This document shows, one piece after another, positions 11,063-24,234 of a stretch of DNA of 52,525 bases. The notes beneath the pieces were generated by a model. It ran no database searches. It was not told where the DNA came from and saw only the letters and a list, made by a program, of their open reading frames with translations. Source of the stretch: Chromera velia (lineage: Eukaryota); the NCBI GenBank assembly GCA_018398765.1, contig JAHBMJ010000229.1, positions 1 through 52,525 on the forward strand, written 5' to 3'. The stretch's first letter is position 1. The number at the start of each line of letters is the position of its first letter. The position numbers and the translations under genes are program-made.

Positions 11063-14000
11063 GATCTCCTCCCACACTGGAATGAAGAATGCATCTTTTG
11101 ACAGACGGTCAACCACAGACAGAATTCCATCCACAATCTTTCCCCAATACAATGTCCTCGGCAGACCAAACAGAAAGTCGAGAGAAAGACTCTCATATGC
11201 AAATTCAAGGATGGGCAGCGGATTCAGCAAACCTGGTTTTTTCTGTGTTGAATGCTTTGCTCTCTGACATACATCACAGCAGGCCACGTATTTCTTCACT
11301 GAGCGGTACATGTTAGGCCAGTAAAACTTGCTGTTCACCTTCAAAAAAGTCTTCTCTGGCCCTAGGTGTCCGCCCAACACGGTGTCGTGGTGCTCTGAGA
11401 TGATTTGTCTCTGCAATATATCAGTGGGGATGGCCAGACGATTTTTGAAATACAGGAGGCCATCCATGAAAGTGAATGATTGAATTCTTATTCTCAAGTG
11501 TCGAGGCACCGGCTCTTCTGGATGCTTAAGCACCTCACACAGTTCCTGAAAGAATGTTTCCTTCTTGTATCCTCTCTTTATCTCTCTCAAGAACTCTTCA
11601 TCCACATCCACTCTCATTTCTATTCCCGCCAGAATTCTTTTCTCTCTGTTTTCTTCTTTTTGAAGTTCTTCTTCACTCTTTTCCTTGACGTTTTCTCTTT
11701 CCTCCTCTGTTTTTCTTTTCTTCTCTGTTTCTCTATTCTCCTCTCTCTCTCTGTTTGCCTCTGTCTCTCTCTTCTCTTCTGTCTCTCTGTTTGCCTCTGT
11801 CTCTCTTACTGGCTTTCTACTCAATGCATCCGCCATCTAATTTTTTGATCCCGGCACATAGCGAGGAACGATTCCAATCTGATCAAACAACATCACCCAA
11901 TGACGCATGCGCAGAGACATTTGCATCCGATCAGTAGTCGACGTAATCGTTTTCAAAGATTCATGATCGCTCCATACTTGAGTAGTGCAAGAGATATACG
12001 GACGCCAAATCTTTACAGCAAACACACACACCAAAAATTCTTTGTCTTTAATATGATGGTTCTTCTCTGCAGGGCTCATCGTTCTTGATGCGAAGGCACA
12101 CGGATGCAGAATTCCGACCTATGGGTCCTTTTGCATCAACACCGCTACGAGCGTTGAGGTCTTTTCGCAGGCATCTGCAAAGACCTCAAACGGGCGGGTA
12201 GGTTCGGGAACAAACAATTCCATCACTTTCTTTATGGCTTCTTTCACTGTCTCAAAGCTTGCTTGCTGCTCTTTTTTCCATTCAAACTTCACCTTCTTTT
12301 TCAGTAAGCGATACATCGGAGCAGCCTTCTTATTGAACTCGAAAATAAATCTTCTCACCCACGACGCCAAGCCGAGAAAAGAATGTAATTCACTTGTGTT
12401 CTTTGGTACACCCTCTATTTTACTCTCTCTGGCCTCACTCTCTTTTCTGAAATCTTCAATCCAAAAAAAACAACCTCTCTTTAAAAAAAATAATATTTTG
12501 AAAGCTTTGTGAACAATTTTGTTTGTCTCAACAAAAACAAAACCCGAGACACATGCCTTACATGCTCTTCTCTTATCCACAAATAAATTAAAATATCATC
12601 AATGAAAACCGACACGTATCGATCCAAACACTCACGCAATATATACTAAATGAGTCTCATTGCTGCCAGTGGAGCGTTTGTTAACCCAAAAGAGACAACC
12701 AACCACTCGAAATTTCTATACCGTGTCGTGGATGCTGTTTTCTGGATGTCTCCCTCTCTTACTCTTATTTGATGGTAGTACTGTCTGAGATCAAGTGCAG
12801 TGAAGAATTTTGCCCCATACAGCCGATCAATGAGGTCTTGTGGGTGAGGGAGTGGGTGTTTGTCTTTGATTGTAATTCTGTAACACAGTTCAGTCCTGTG
12901 TAATCACAACACATCCTCATGCTTCCGTTTTTCTTCTGTACAAACAACACTGGAGCTGCATATGGAGAGCATGATGGGCGAATGAATCCTTGTTTCAAAT
13001 ATGTATCCACCTGCTTTCTCAGCTCATCCAACTCACCAAGAAAAAGACGGTAAGGTGGGCAAGCTGGGGGTGGGTGGCCGGGTTCTAAATCGATCTTGAA
13101 ATCCAGCCCCTCGGATGGAGGTAATCCTGAAAAAGAGTCAGGAAAGAGAGTTGCATTCTCCACCATAATTCTTTTCATGTCGACAGGCACGGATGGTTTA
13201 AAATTTTGAAGAAACTCACGCACCTCACTCAAATCAGGCGAAGAGAAAACAGGATGGTCAGCCGGGAGCAAAGAAAGAAAGTCATTCACTGTCTCACTAC
13301 CCCCCCTTCCTTTTTCCTTCATCTCCACATTCTTTTCCCCCTCATGTATTTCATGAAGCCCTTGAACCCAACATGCACTGAACTCACCGGGAGAGGATCT
13401 TGTCTGCAACCGCAGAATGTGGCAGACCGTCCTCTTCCGGATTGCTCGGCGTGCCTACACAGAAGAGAGAAGAGGGTGATAATCTGAAAATTCCTCCTCC
13501 TCTTCAAGCTCTGCATCAGGCATCCAGTAAATCAATTTCCCCTTGAACCAAAAACGCAGACTTTGAGATGACCACTGTAGTTCTGGCTCATACTCACGCC
13601 CCCACTTTGTTCCCAAAATTAAATCATATTCCTCCAGGTCGGCCAGCATGGCACCTACTGTCTCTTGGATGCTGACTGGCATAGAGGGCGCACACTCCTG
13701 AACCGTTCGCGTTTTGATCGCCTTCTTCGAAGCTTTTAGCGCCCTATGTACTGGAGTTGGTCATCTCAATCTGCACACATGGATGCGGTGGGCACGGGCA
13801 AATCTGCGATCTAGATAAATATCATCCACTCCGGAGTCAACCAAAACTCTGACAGGCACACCCGCCACTCGGCTAGAGTATACAAACAACCCTGGACAAA
13901 AATCCAAATCAAAGAACAAATCGAGAGCGGAATTCGACTCTGTGTCACACGTGTTTATGTGTTCGATGGGAATTGGGGATCCCCATATATTTCTGTGCAC

Positions 14001-15693
14001 TGATGTGAAAACGGGACTAGACCGATTCCAACACTAATTCCGACTCCAAAATTGTTTTAAATATACAAACAGTTTAAACTAGTTTAAAGATATTCAACAT
14101 CGTTTAAGTGTATCTTTAGCGATTCTTTTATTGTTTTTAAAGGTTTTAAATTAGAGCCCGGAGTGTATGAAAGTGAAGGTTAGAAGTGTTGTAGCACAGT
14201 GGCAGGCCGGGCCAGCGGGTCTGCGTGCATGCCGCGCGCCGTGCCGCGCCGTACGTATGTGCGTCTGTACCGCGGCCTGCCCCAACCGGCCTGTGCGGGC
14301 TGCCACGCTTATAAGTCTGACCACACTGACCATATGTCGGGGGCACTTCTCCCTCTTTATAGCCCCCGTAGATCGTCCGGACTCCAGATTGTCCACCGTC
14401 ACGGCCACCTCTACGCTTTCTACGACCACCACGCCCTCTGCCCCGAGGGCCCAAGTCTCTGTGTCCCCCCCTCCACTGCGCCTGGAAGGAGGAACCCTAC
14501 TGGGGATTACCACTGCGTGTCCACTGCCTTTCTCCTCCTTGCCCCCATCTTCACGAGTCTGCATGGGAGTTGCCATAATTTGCCCAGCCCTGTGGCCCTG
14601 GGCATCTGTTGGCACTATGACCAAACAGGCGGCAACGGAAATACCGTCCTTCCTGGATGCAACGGGTTCTCTCGTCCGGCGTGAGTGGTGGTAGGAGCGA
14701 ACGGACCCCACACAAATCCATGGGGATGGGCCCTTCCTCAAGGACAAGCGGCTGGTTATGTTGACCGCTCACCCCTCCACTCTTGGGAACGCGCAGACGA
14801 AAATCTCGGTGTCCGCCACCTTTTGCTCGAGAGAAGAGGAAGGCTTCGATCTCGGCTGCCTCCTTTTGTATCTCTAACAGCGTGTGTGTCTTCGCCTTTG
14901 CAACGTCGAGGGCGATGGAGTTCGGCAGTCCCTTGATGTAGTCTTCGACAACGTCTTCCTCCCATAGGTAGGGAAGCTGGCCCACCAACTGAGAGAAGGC
15001 CTCGTTATACTTCTCCACCCCTAAGGCTTCAGTGCAGCAAAGTGCCTGAAGCTTTGTCCGAGCGATACTCCTCTCTATGGTCACCTTCAGTCTCTCCATG
15101 AGTTCAGTCTTCAGCGACTCCCAGTTCGAGAACACTCCATGCTCCTTCTCGTACTTCTCATACCATTCCTTCAAATAAGCCGGTAGCCGGCCTTTCACCA
15201 TCTTTATTTTCTTCGATTCCCTCACCTCGTTCAGCTCAAAGAAGTCTTCTACGTCCTTGAGCCATCTCTGAAGCTTTTCTTTCTTGCCAGAGAACACCAG
15301 CTTGGCAGGAAGCTCCACAACCTTGCTCGTGCAGTGACCAGGACCAGTGTCAGTGCTCGCACCAGCAGGCGAGCTCTGAAGGATCGGAGGAGAAACCTGG
15401 GATGATAGAGAAAGGCTTGATTGGACAGCTTGAATAGCCTGTCCTTGTGCCTCCAAAGCCTGTTTCTGCAAAGTCAATTGTTAACCCTGCAAAGCCTGCG
15501 TTTCCTGAACAATGCACATCAAATTGGACAATGTTTCAAGGGCCCCAAACACTTCTGGAATGCCCGGAGCCCCAACTGTTACATTCTGCGCACCTTCCAT
15601 CAGCGTATCAAGCCGAAGGAAGGAAGAGCAATTCTCAGTCTGAAGCGACACTTGGAAACTTTTCTCTCCACCCTTATCTGAGGCTGGAAAGAG

Positions 15694-15706
15694 GCTCTGA
15701 CTGCCA
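15694..15706 (-). promoter_or_regulatory. Putative primer binding site of the LTR element
   Basis: Minus strand reads gt-TGGCAGTCAGAGC directly after the 5' LTR, similar to the tRNA-iMet PBS TGGTATCAGAGC. Confidence 0.6.
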
Positions 15707-15708
15707 AC

Positions 15709-16027
15709 TATAAGATGAACAATACAATGCTATATGGTAGTCCGAAGGTACGTCTGACCTAGAAGCGTCAGTGTTCAATCTAGCCAGTCAAACAGTCTGT
15801 TGATCACTTCATGCACCAGGCTGCTCAAACCATTAACTGCATTTATTTGGCCTCGTCTCATAGCAGCCTTCACTAAAATCGATATGATCGCGCATGCTCG
15901 TGGTCCGGCGGCAAGCCATCTCCGAGCCGGTCCCGGTACCTATACTATACGCGCTCACACCCTGGCAGCACCTCTCACGCCGCCACATATACAGCCCGAC
16001 GTCTCAGCCCCGGGCACGCCCCTCACA
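15709..16027 (-). repeat. 5' LTR of the chromovirus
   Basis: Direct repeat of 8870-9188, adjacent to the PBS-like sequence and gag. Confidence 0.95.
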
Positions 16028-16920
16028 TACTGCTTCTTTTACTGCTTTTTTGTGGGCTGCCCTTGCCTTCTGCCCCCTCTTTACGTACTCGTCTGCATCT
16101 ATGTCCTCTCCTCGAAGGATAGCCTCTGTGATCGCTCCACTGGCTGCGGCTGAGGTTTTGTAGTCCCTGCCCGCTGTTTCGGTGGGTTTGGGGATGCCTA
16201 GGCCTAGCAGTCGGACCGGGAGGATAGCAACATCTCTCAGCCATACGTCGGGTTGGGTGGGGGGCCCTCCGTTCCATCATCCTTTTATCAGGGCGGGGAT
16301 GAGACGGTCTCTGATCGTACCTTCCAGCTGCTCCATCTGTCCCCCCGCCCCTGGCACTACCCGCGCCACAAACTTCCATTCGTGCTGTAGAGATTTGGAA
16401 CAGGCTGCGTATACTTCGTGTGGGGCAAATTTTGCTGCTGTTGCGACGCTTTCCACGCTTTCGGCCCACTCTTTCACCTTCTTCTGCACCTATTTCTCTC
16501 TGTATGCGTCCGTGCCTACGTGCCCCCCTAGGAGACGCGTCCCCTCTACTATCTGCAGGTCGGGGAACTCTGCAAAAATCTCCTTGGCTTTCTGCAGAAA
16601 TTGTGGGAGCACTGCAAGGGTCAACTTGTCCACCTCCACTACATACCCTGCCGCAGGCCCCCTCTTGACTAACTCGCGCAGCCATGTTCGCAGCTGGCGC
16701 AACCAGCCAGTATTGGACGCGTCATCCGCATACCAGAGCTGGTGCCAGTATCTCTGGGGGGGATCGGGCTCCTGCTGTTGTTACTTTTTCTTCTCCGGCC
16801 GTTCCGGCTGCCACCCCTACACTCCATCTGTCTGCTGTGAAAAACCAGTCGCGTCCGTTTCGGGCCGACGCGGAGGCGGCTGAAGAGGACGATGCTGTGC
16901 GATGCGAATCGCCAAGGGGT
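16028..16920 (-). mobile_element. CRE-like non-LTR retrotransposon, 5'-truncated RT/thumb part
   Basis: HQLWYADDAS (YADD at 16732-16721), GPAAGY....K, RLLGGHVG, SLQHEWKFVAR, LGLGIPKP. The frame continues across the LTR insertion into the 3' part (...KEAV|EKE...). Confidence 0.85.
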
Positions 16921-18371
16921 GGGGCTGGTGGGCAAGCTAAGGGGTGGAAATACTGAAAAAAATGAAAAACTTTATTGCTAGGCTCTGCACTACATAAAAA
17001 ATAAAATAAAAGATGAGAAAAAGTTTTTTCCCTATGGATTTTTTTTTTTTATGATTAAAATTTTATCATGGCATTCAATAGGCAAACAACTGTTATTTAA
17101 GTGTTGCAACTTGAAGAGTGTTGCATGGGGTATTGCATTGAAAACCATATACTTTTGAGTTAATAAATAAATAAAAAAATAAAAGATTGGAAACTTTTTT
17201 TTTTTTCATTTATGAAGTGCAGAGCCTATAGCTTTATTGTTTTTTTTTATATAGATTTTTTTATGTTTAATAACATTGTGTACGTATGGATGTATAAAGG
17301 GTGCAGGGCTGGTCCCTGGGTTGCTAATAACTTGCTAAGGCCGTCTCAAATTCAGACTCCCAATCAATTAATTTTGATTTTGTTTATGCACTACTAAATT
17401 CATAGTAATATAACGCAGTAACTACTAGTTTAATAATGCACACTCACTCGCAGAGTTCAAGAAACGAACAGTGTTTGTTTGTATTTCTTGCAATGGTACC
17501 ACTGGCAGTGTCTTGCATACTTAGTTCCTTACCTTATGGCATACGTACTTTGAATCCTTCTTGCCTTCTGTACTGTCTTTTGGGCGCACGAGACTGACGC
17601 CCAGATCTTTAATTAAGTTCCTTCCGAAATGCATCAAGCAAACAACGAACAGAGAGCGTGCTACGCGGTCGCACGATCCAGTGGACTTGCGCATGGGGTC
17701 TTCGCCGCGCTGTCCGAGGACGTGCAACCACGACATGCACGCACTGTCATGCATGCAGCTGTGAGATTGGGGGCCGGCAGCAGTTAAGGCGATGCTCCTC
17801 ACTCACAGCCATGCGACGGGTACCACGTTTCGCGAACATGTGCACCCACCCAACATCTTTTCCTACCCTTCTCTTTCTCTTTCTCTTTTTCTTTCTCTTC
17901 CTTTCCTTTCCTTTCCGGGAAAAATCCTTTTTTCCAAGGAAATCATGCATTGATCCGTCATCATGCAAAGATGGCGACCGCATTTTGGTGACATGTCGGT
18001 CTATGTGCACTGACTTTTCTTTATTTGTCTTGCCTACCCTTTGGATGGAACGAAAACGAAGATGAAGAAGCAGCTAAGCGGATCGATGGTGTCGGATGGA
18101 TGAGGGCCCACCGAAGAGGGCATCAAAAAGCAATGAATGAATGCAGGACACCCGGGAAAATATATATGCGTGCCCCCTTAGAAAGCAGGGACCCGCATAC
18201 ACCCCGGAACCTCCCTCATCAACTACACAGTGCACAAGAAAAACGCACAGCGACTTCACCAAATGGTTGTGAGAATACTCTGCTTTCTTTCCCGCACTCC
18301 TGCGGATCCATGCATGCATGTACAAAAAAAACAAGTCTCCCTTATGCCATTCTTTCTTCCTTCCTTCCTTC

Positions 18372-18405
<34 letters not shown>

Positions 18406-18441
18406 CTCTTTCTCTTCGAGATCTTTCTTCTCTCTTTAATT

Positions 18442-18708
18442 TCAGTTTCGCCCGGGCATCTTGAAGTCGATTCCGTCCATCATATTCTTGAAGTCAAAAT
18501 CCGGCATGTCCAGCTTGAAGTCCTTGAACAAGTTTCCCATTTCGGGCATGTCCAAGCCTCCACCGAAGTCGAACTTGCTGTTGGAGAAGTCCATCTTCTG
18601 CTTCGGGCAGGCGATATCGTCGTCGTTACATGTCGTGTGCTCGCCCTGGAAAATGCCCTTTGTGCTCACTGCACACACATATTCATACACACGCACATTT
18701 ACACACAT

Positions 18709-18780
<72 letters not shown>

Positions 18781-19171
18781 GACAGTACAACCAGAAGGGA
18801 AGACCCCGGAGGACAAAAGAGATCAACGCGCGTTGCACACTCTCAAAATGTATGACGCACAGTCCAATCCCCGTCCTTTAATCCTCTGGAGTCCGTGCAC
18901 ATGGGTATGGAGGCAGATAGATCTTTTACCAATAGTCTCTCTCACGCAGAATCCGATGTGCGCGACTCAATTAATTGTGGGGGCAATTAATTGTGCGTCT
19001 TTTATGGTCTCCTTTCCGTTCTCACCCCCCCTTTTGATCTTCTCAGACGATCCTAGTTCGGCCTGCTCTGTTTGACCCGTCTGCCTGAACTTCATTCTCA
19101 TCTATCCATCAATTAGAGTCTTGTCACACACACAGGCAGACAGACAGACAGACAGACAGAGAGACAGAAAC

Positions 19172-19204
<33 letters not shown>

Positions 19205-19221
19205 AACGCAGACAGACAGAT

Positions 19222-19293
<72 letters not shown>

Positions 19294-19310
19294 GAAACAG
19301 ACAGACAGAC

Positions 19311-19353
<43 letters not shown>

Positions 19354-19929
19354 CAGAGAGAGAGAGACGGGAATAAGTGAGGCAATTAGTTGATGCTTCA
19401 AAGATACCGAGGGGGACTTCTGTCTAAATGCCGACAGACAAAAATGGGAGCATGCAGACCTTCCGTCCGTCCGTCTGCCGCTGCGCTGACTGACTGACTG
19501 ACTGACAGCATTCCTCCTTTGTGAGGTCCTGACGGCACTTCTTGTCGTCTTTGCCGTAGCAGCAGGCCCCGATTGGCTTGGGGCAGTAGACCTCGTTGCA
19601 CATCTTCCCGTCTCCTTGGTACTGGGCCTTGGGGAGCACGTCTGCATGGAGGAGCAGGAAGGAAAGGGAGGGGCTGAAGAGTGAAGGGACAGAGGGACAG
19701 ATTCGCAGACATAGGGACAGGGGAAATTGGTGCCTTTCTCTTCGCATTGACGTGCCAGGAAAAGAGCCAACCGAGAACATAAAATAACATCTTGCTGGGA
19801 GAGCAGAACGCAGATACATACAGGCAGAGGAAGAAGGGATAGCGAGGAGATTTATTCACGTGTCCACAAACAATGCATCCATAAACGGGATAAGCCGTGC
19901 AGACAGACAGACAGACAGACAGACAGACC

Positions 19930-19964
<35 letters not shown>

Positions 19965-19965
19965 C

Positions 19966-20004
<39 letters not shown>

Positions 20005-20109
20005 CGATAGGTAGACAGACAGACAGACAGACAGACAGACCGATAGGTAGACAGACAGACAGACAGACAGACCGATAGGTAGACAGACAGACAGACAGAC
20101 AGACAGACC

Positions 20110-20144
<35 letters not shown>

Positions 20145-20145
20145 C

Positions 20146-20184
<39 letters not shown>

Positions 20185-20251
20185 CGATAGGTAGACAGAC
20201 AGACAGACAGACCGATAGGTAGACAGACAGACAGACAGACAGACCGATAGG

Positions 20252-20289
<38 letters not shown>

Positions 20290-20439
20290 GGCCGATAGGT
20301 AGACAGACAGACAGACAGACCGATAGGTAGACAGACAGACAGACAGACCGATAGGTAGACAGACAGACCGATAGGTAGACAGACAGACAGACAGACAGAC
20401 CGGTAGGTAGACAGACAGACAGACAGACAGACCGATAGG

Positions 20440-20470
<31 letters not shown>

Positions 20471-20955
20471 GCAGAGCGAAGGAAGGAGATAACCTACCAC
20501 AGTCGAAACGGGACAGATCCTCACAGGTGCCATCCTTCAGGCAGCAGGCGCCGGAGCACTTCACCTGGTTGCACATCTTTCCGTTGCCTTGATACCTTCC
20601 GTCAATATCATCTGCACTCAATGCACATCACATCCAGACACGCACTTGATCATCCAGCAGCTGAACGTTCGATCGGGGTGAGGGGGTGACTCAAATGCAA
20701 GGGAAGGGGAAAAAGAGTTGGCCGGACACAGAAACGAGATCGTCATGCACTCAACTCACATGCAAAGCGGAAAGTCACAGATCACACAGCAGAAGGGACA
20801 AAAAGGACACGGCAAGAAGACACATAGGGACAGGTCTCTTTTTTTCTCGCTCTCTGTGTTTGTGGCCAGGGCGGGGGGGGGTTACTGTGTTACTGTAAAG
20901 CGGACGAGCGACGAAAACTCAGGAGAAAGAGAGGGACAGAGAGAGAGGGACAGTG

Positions 20956-20994
<39 letters not shown>

Positions 20995-23640
20995 AGGAGA
21001 GAGAGAAGGAGAGAGAGGAGGAGAGAGAAAAGGAAATTAAATCTCTGCGAGGAGCCAGGCCGACGTACTTACTGCATTCGACTCGAGACAGATCTTCGCA
21101 GTTCCCGTCCAGCTTACAGCACGCTCCCGAGCACTGCACCCGGTTGCACATCTTCCCGTCTCCCTGATAGAGGCCTGTCTTGATCTGAACTGCACATTCA
21201 GCACAGCGAGTGGAAAGCGAATTAAAGAAACAACAGCACTTGAAAGTGAATGAATCTTTGCCTCGTGATTCCGTCACGGTCCGTCCTTAGATGGCGATTT
21301 CAGTGAAAGACGCTGCCTGGATAGAAGGGGGGAGAGTGAAGAGGTAGACGAGGGAAATGAACCGTCCCGGTGACGAAGCTCAGATAATAGGTAAATCATA
21401 AAATGAAGAGGAAAGTAAGGAAGCATGACCGAGCAAAACCAACCGCAGTCGTAGCGAGAGGTATCCTCGCAGTTTCCGTCGTCCAAGCAGCACGCGCCGG
21501 CGCACTTGACTTCGTTGCACATCTTGCCGTCGCCCTGGTACGAGGCAAAGCTCAAGTCGGCTGCAGACAGAAAGAGGTGAGGCAGTGGAGGGCATACAGG
21601 CAGGCAGGCTGATAGAATGAAAGAAGGGAGGAAGGAGGAATCAGTCTGACAGAGGCCAGCACGACATGACAGGCGGGCAAATAGGCCAACAAGGACTCAC
21701 GCAGGCCACGCTGCTACCGAAAGGGACCTACGGGGAATTGTCGGCAGAGGGACCGAAGAGAAAAGGAGAAAGAGAGTGAGGGCTGGAATGGAAAACCAAA
21801 GAGACTAGGCGCAAAGAGAAAGAGTAGGAAGAGAGGACACAGACATACGCACGCCACCAAGAGGAGGAGAGGTCGTGCACGCACTCAAGAAAGAAGGAGG
21901 GAAAGGAGGGAAGAAGAAAAATCCTACCAGTCCCTGTCTTTTTTCATCCAAGTATATGCACTTTCACTGTATATGCATGCATCATGCTCGGATCTACTAA
22001 CTCACCAGCGTAAATGCAGAAAGCTCATGCAAGAACGATCGATCGATCGATCGAGAACATCAGAGGAGACTGACAGCATTCGCCGCGGGAAAGGTCTTCG
22101 CAGGAGCCGTCACTCTTGCAGCACGCCCCAGCGCACTCGACCTCGTTGCACATCTTCCCGTTGCCCTGGAAGGCACCAGAGATGTCAACTGCGCACACAT
22201 ACATTTTAAAGACGTATCTACTGCACGAGCTTCCTTGCTGATCCAGAAACAATGAAGGCACTTGCAGCTCTTAAACAAGACAGTGAGTGACTTTCAGCTG
22301 CAGACAGACCTAATTCTAAGGAAATTTGAGCGGTCTGATGACATGTATGGCATCGTCGGCAGGAAAGGGCGCTTCACGAGCTACAGGACGACATCTTTAT
22401 GATATGCTACCCAACCTCTCTCTCCCAAGAGGCACTTGACGAACCCCCCCTTGCAACCCAAGCATGACGGCAGATATATACCCTTACTTATGCATGCACC
22501 TAAGGGCATTGAATCCATCACGAGCGTCCGGACATCCCAGATGGATCAGACCCAATGATCGATTCTCAATTGGAGAGAGGGACTAACTGACCGCACTCCT
22601 CGCGAGAGAGATCCTCGCAGCTGCCGTCGGTCTTGCAACAGGCCCCAGCGCATTCAACCTGGCTGCACATCTTCCCGTCGCCGCGGTACAGTCCCCCAGC
22701 GTTGTCTGCACGCAGCAAATCAAAGAAGTCATGCGACGGTGGCAAGCAACCCTCACACGTACATACGCAGGACTAATTAAGAAGGCGATCTTGGGTGTTG
22801 TTATGCATGCATCCATGCATCCCTCGATCCATCCTTCCTTCTTTGCTGCTTGACCCCATCCTTTTTCTGGGCACCTGCCTGCCCTAGCTCAACCCTTCCT
22901 CGCTCGTTGGCGCTTAGATCGATCTGCTTCACATTACTGTCTTGCGAATCGCCGCACGTGTTCAATTTCGGCATGTGTGTTGCCACTCGCTGGATCCAGT
23001 CTGTCTACTCCTGCAGGCTATCCGTGAATTTCTGTAGGTCGATCGAAGGGAACCTCTCAATTGACGCCTTTCTGAATGGTGTGTCTGTCTCACCCTCACT
23101 CTGATTGACGTGCCCGTATACACCCTCACTCACTCTCCCATGCAGTCACTCACTTATTCACTTACTTACTCACTTTTTCAGTTACTCACACGCACGTGCA
23201 CCGAGTTAACTGACCGCAGCTGGCACGAGTGATAGTGGTGCATTCCCCGTTGGGCAAGCAGCAGGCGCCGTCGCAGTGAGACATGATGCACATCTTTCCG
23301 TCCCCCTGATAGAACCCCCCGGCGTCCTCTGCAAAAAGCGGGGATGGATGCATGGATGGACGCTCGTACAGAGTGCACGGGTGCAGACTCGTCACACCAA
23401 GTATGCCTGCAGCCCTCTCAGACATTTGATGTGCAGAAAGAAATGTACCCAGTCCCTCGCAGACCGGAAGAAAAATGAGGTTGCAATTAAAGGATGAGTA
23501 GAAGAACTCTGACTGACGGCAAGCGAAGCGGGAGAGATCTTCACAGTTGCCGTCGACAGTGCAGCACGCTCCCGAGCACTGCACGTCGTTGCACATCTTC
23601 CCGTCGCCCTGGTAGTTGGAGCCTACAAGATCTTCTGCAC

Positions 23641-23709
<69 letters not shown>

Positions 23710-24176
23710 GCCACAGAGAGAGAGACATACTGCGAGTGACGCGGCGCTCATTCGTCATTTGCAGCCATGATGCAGAAACCGATGAATGAATAGGTTTCGA
23801 ATGAATGCACGGTATGTTTCAAATAAACCGCATGCAGCGCATTCGGTCATGGACGCGTAGGCAGGCAGGAGGGGGGCGAGTAGGAAAAGGGATCTTCTGC
23901 AGATGGATTCGTTTCGCGGGCTTTGCTCTACGTGATGATCTGGAGAACGAAGCAACGCACTGATTCAACTCTACTGACTGACTGACTGACTGACCGACTG
24001 ACTGACTGACTGACTGACCGCACTCGTCACGTGGGAGGTCCTCGCAGTCACCGTTCTCCTTGCAGCAAGCACCCGAGCAGGCGGCGGCGTCACAGTGCTT
24101 CCCGTCGCCCTTGTAGAGGCCGGATACATCCTCTGCATGGATGGATGGATCCCCAATGCAGCCAGACTCTTCACAT

Positions 24177-24234
<58 letters not shown>

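Larger units (their letters stand above)
8870..16027 (-). mobile_element. Full-length but decayed Ty3/gypsy chromovirus-type LTR retrotransposon
   Basis: Two 319-bp LTRs and a near-perfect 5-bp TSD (tacta 8865-8869 / tactg 16028-16032). Domain order on the minus strand: gag (14551-15477, PMDL motif, degenerate CCHC), protease (LVDSG ~13835), RT (SPYAAPVLFV; VFIDDIL ~12600), RNase H (ADAC; ADALSR), integrase (HH-CC; HPQTDGQTER; FGPF), chromodomain (YEVEEVL...YLVRWKGF ~9530-9625). Many stops and frameshifts. Confidence 0.95.

Noticed and set aside
14167..16883. Plus-strand ORFs of 175 and 233 aa
   Set aside because: Antisense shadows of GC-rich retrotransposon coding sequence.
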